Virus record (IMG/VR): IMGVR_UViG_3300033512_000100
Location: 1 to 26,451 of that record
From: a virus
Taxonomy: Duplodnaviria > Caudoviricetes
Direction: 5' to 3' (one strand)
DNA: 26,451 nt
Part shown: positions 25,208 through 26,451 of the stretch, piece by piece
How positions within the stretch are numbered: position 1 is the first letter of the stretch
Layout: the number at the start of each line of letters is the position of its first letter
Notes under the pieces: generated by a model
Databases searched by the model: none
Seen by the model: the letters and a program-made list of their open reading frames with translations, nothing else
Told to the model about the DNA's origin: nothing
Position numbers and translations under genes: made by a program

Positions 25208-26451
25208 TGGATATACAATACGTACATACAGGTAGTGTAGCCAATGATGGTACTGGAGATTTATTAAGGGATGCATTTATTAAAGTAAATGAAAATTTTA
25301 CAGAAACTAGTTCATCTATTGAAGTAATTGAAACTACTTTAAAAAGTAAGGATAATATTCCTACAGGATTTGCTATGGGTTTACAATTATCAATAAATTC
25401 AATTGATAATACTAAATATGATATAGCATCTGGTTATTATATTATTACTGATTTTAGTGATTTCTTAGATATACAATCTAGTATTAAATATTTCCCAGGA
25501 GTTCAAGGGATTACACCACAATATCTAACTACTTTTAATGCTACTTATATAGCATTAAATGAAAATGGGCAAATTATTCAAAAGAGTTCACCTTTTAGTG
25601 ATGAAGAAAGAAGAACATTAGCTATTTTAGGAGCAGCAATACATTCTAATAGAACTAATATTAATACAACTAATGAAATTAAAGCACCTATATTAGGGAT
25701 TGGAAATCAATTACATGATGTTATTAAAGCTATTGGTAGTTTAAATTTAAGTGGAAATACTTATAGCGGTAACGGGACTGGTTTAGGATTAAATAAAACA
25801 GAAGGGAATATTTTTGGATTAGGTATAAATTCTCATGATTGGTTAAATCCACATCAATTAACTATTCCATCTCAAACTGCTCTAACATTTAGATATAGAT
25901 TACAAAATGGAACTGAATATACTGATAGAACAACTATAGACCCAGTAAATTATGATTTAAATGGAGTTTTAACTCCATTATTAAATAATAATAGATGGCA
26001 AATCCAGCATATTAATTTATTTCAATCAGGATTAACTAGAATACAGCCAGGACAATATCAATATAATTCATTAGCAGAGGCCGAGAATGCAATTAAAACT
26101 GAAACATTTGTTACAGAACAAAATATCGCTGATAATGCTATATTCAGAAGTTATCTTATTGTAAGAAAAAATGCAACTAATTTAAGTGACTCAACTCAAG
26201 CTAAATTTATTCCAGTTGATAAATTTGGAAATGTTATTTCAGCAGGAGCTTCAGTTACTTACGATAATGTTATTACAGCTTTAGGATACATTCCAGAGAA
26301 TGTTGTAAATAAAAATACAGGAAGTTTAACAAATAGTACTTCATCTTATCCAAGTGATTATATAGTTAGCCAATCATTAGATACTAAATTAAATAAAAAT
26401 ATTTCTTTACTACCAACAGCATCCCTACCTATATTAGATACTGATAAATTA
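25207..26451 (+). CDS. Tail fibre-like protein with gp9/gp10-like N-terminal motif, 3' truncated (at least 415 aa)
   Basis: Not in the track because it has no stop: MDIQYVHTGSVANDGTGDLLRDAFIKVNENF...ALGYIPEN..NK, open to the window end. Confidence 0.8.
   Translation, partial: MDIQYVHTGSVANDGTGDLLRDAFIKVNENFTETSSSIEVIETTLKSKDNIPTGFAMGLQLSINSIDNTKYDIASGYYIITDFSDFLDIQSSIKYFPGVQGITPQYLTTFNATYIALNENGQIIQKSSPFSDEERRTLAILGAAIHSNRTNINTTNEIKAPILGIGNQLHDVIKAIGSLNLSGNTYSGNGTGLGLNKTEGNIFGLGINSHDWLNPHQLTIPSQTALTFRYRLQNGTEYTDRTTIDPVNYDLNGVLTPLLNNNRWQIQHINLFQSGLTRIQPGQYQYNSLAEAENAIKTETFVTEQNIADNAIFRSYLIVRKNATNLSDSTQAKFIPVDKFGNVISAGASVTYDNVITALGYIPENVVNKNTGSLTNSTSSYPSDYIVSQSLDTKLNKNISLLPTASLPILDTDKL

Noticed and set aside
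1-26451. Genome-wide stop-codon reassignment suggested by the suppressor-like tRNA
   Set aside because: Conserved genes (TerL, portal, capsid) are intact in the standard code. TAA ends most genes, often with TAATG coupling, and TAG and TGA also end genes (814, 5221, 8289, 11586).

Overview
Very AT-rich tailed-phage (siphovirus-like) DNA, probably infecting a Bacteroidota host (A-rich leaders without Shine-Dalgarno motifs, TTG..TAnnTTT-type promoter geometry). It is probably most of a small genome opened inside the tail-fibre region. Layout: end of a tail-fibre-associated gene, a 42-aa peptide, a membrane protein, a holin-like gene and a tRNA-like element with a TTA anticodon (1-1380); a short leftward block with lipoprotein, AT-hook protein, GIY-YIG nuclease and winged-helix initiator (1401-3467); a non-coding origin/control region (3468-4305); a rightward early/middle block with two sigma-like proteins, a PD-(D/E)XK nuclease and a candidate antisense sRNA (4306-8498); and a morphogenesis block (8537-26451) ordered TerS, TerL, tail chaperone with -1 frameshift, neck/tail completion, Dit-like, hub with a delta-60 repeat insertion, FN3 protein, tape measure, fused protease/scaffold, capsid, tail tube, portal, connector and two gp9/gp10-type fibre genes. 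No integrase, helicase, polymerase or endolysin was recognised. Best leads: the ochre tRNA-like element overlapping the holin stop codon, the promoter-sRNA-terminator unit antisense to the nuclease start, an FN3 domain split across two genes, [ST][GAS]S enrichment in exterior virion proteins, two promoter classes with two sigma-like genes, and a dispersed TTTAAATCGC motif. Family assignments come from motif recognition by eye; no database search was run.
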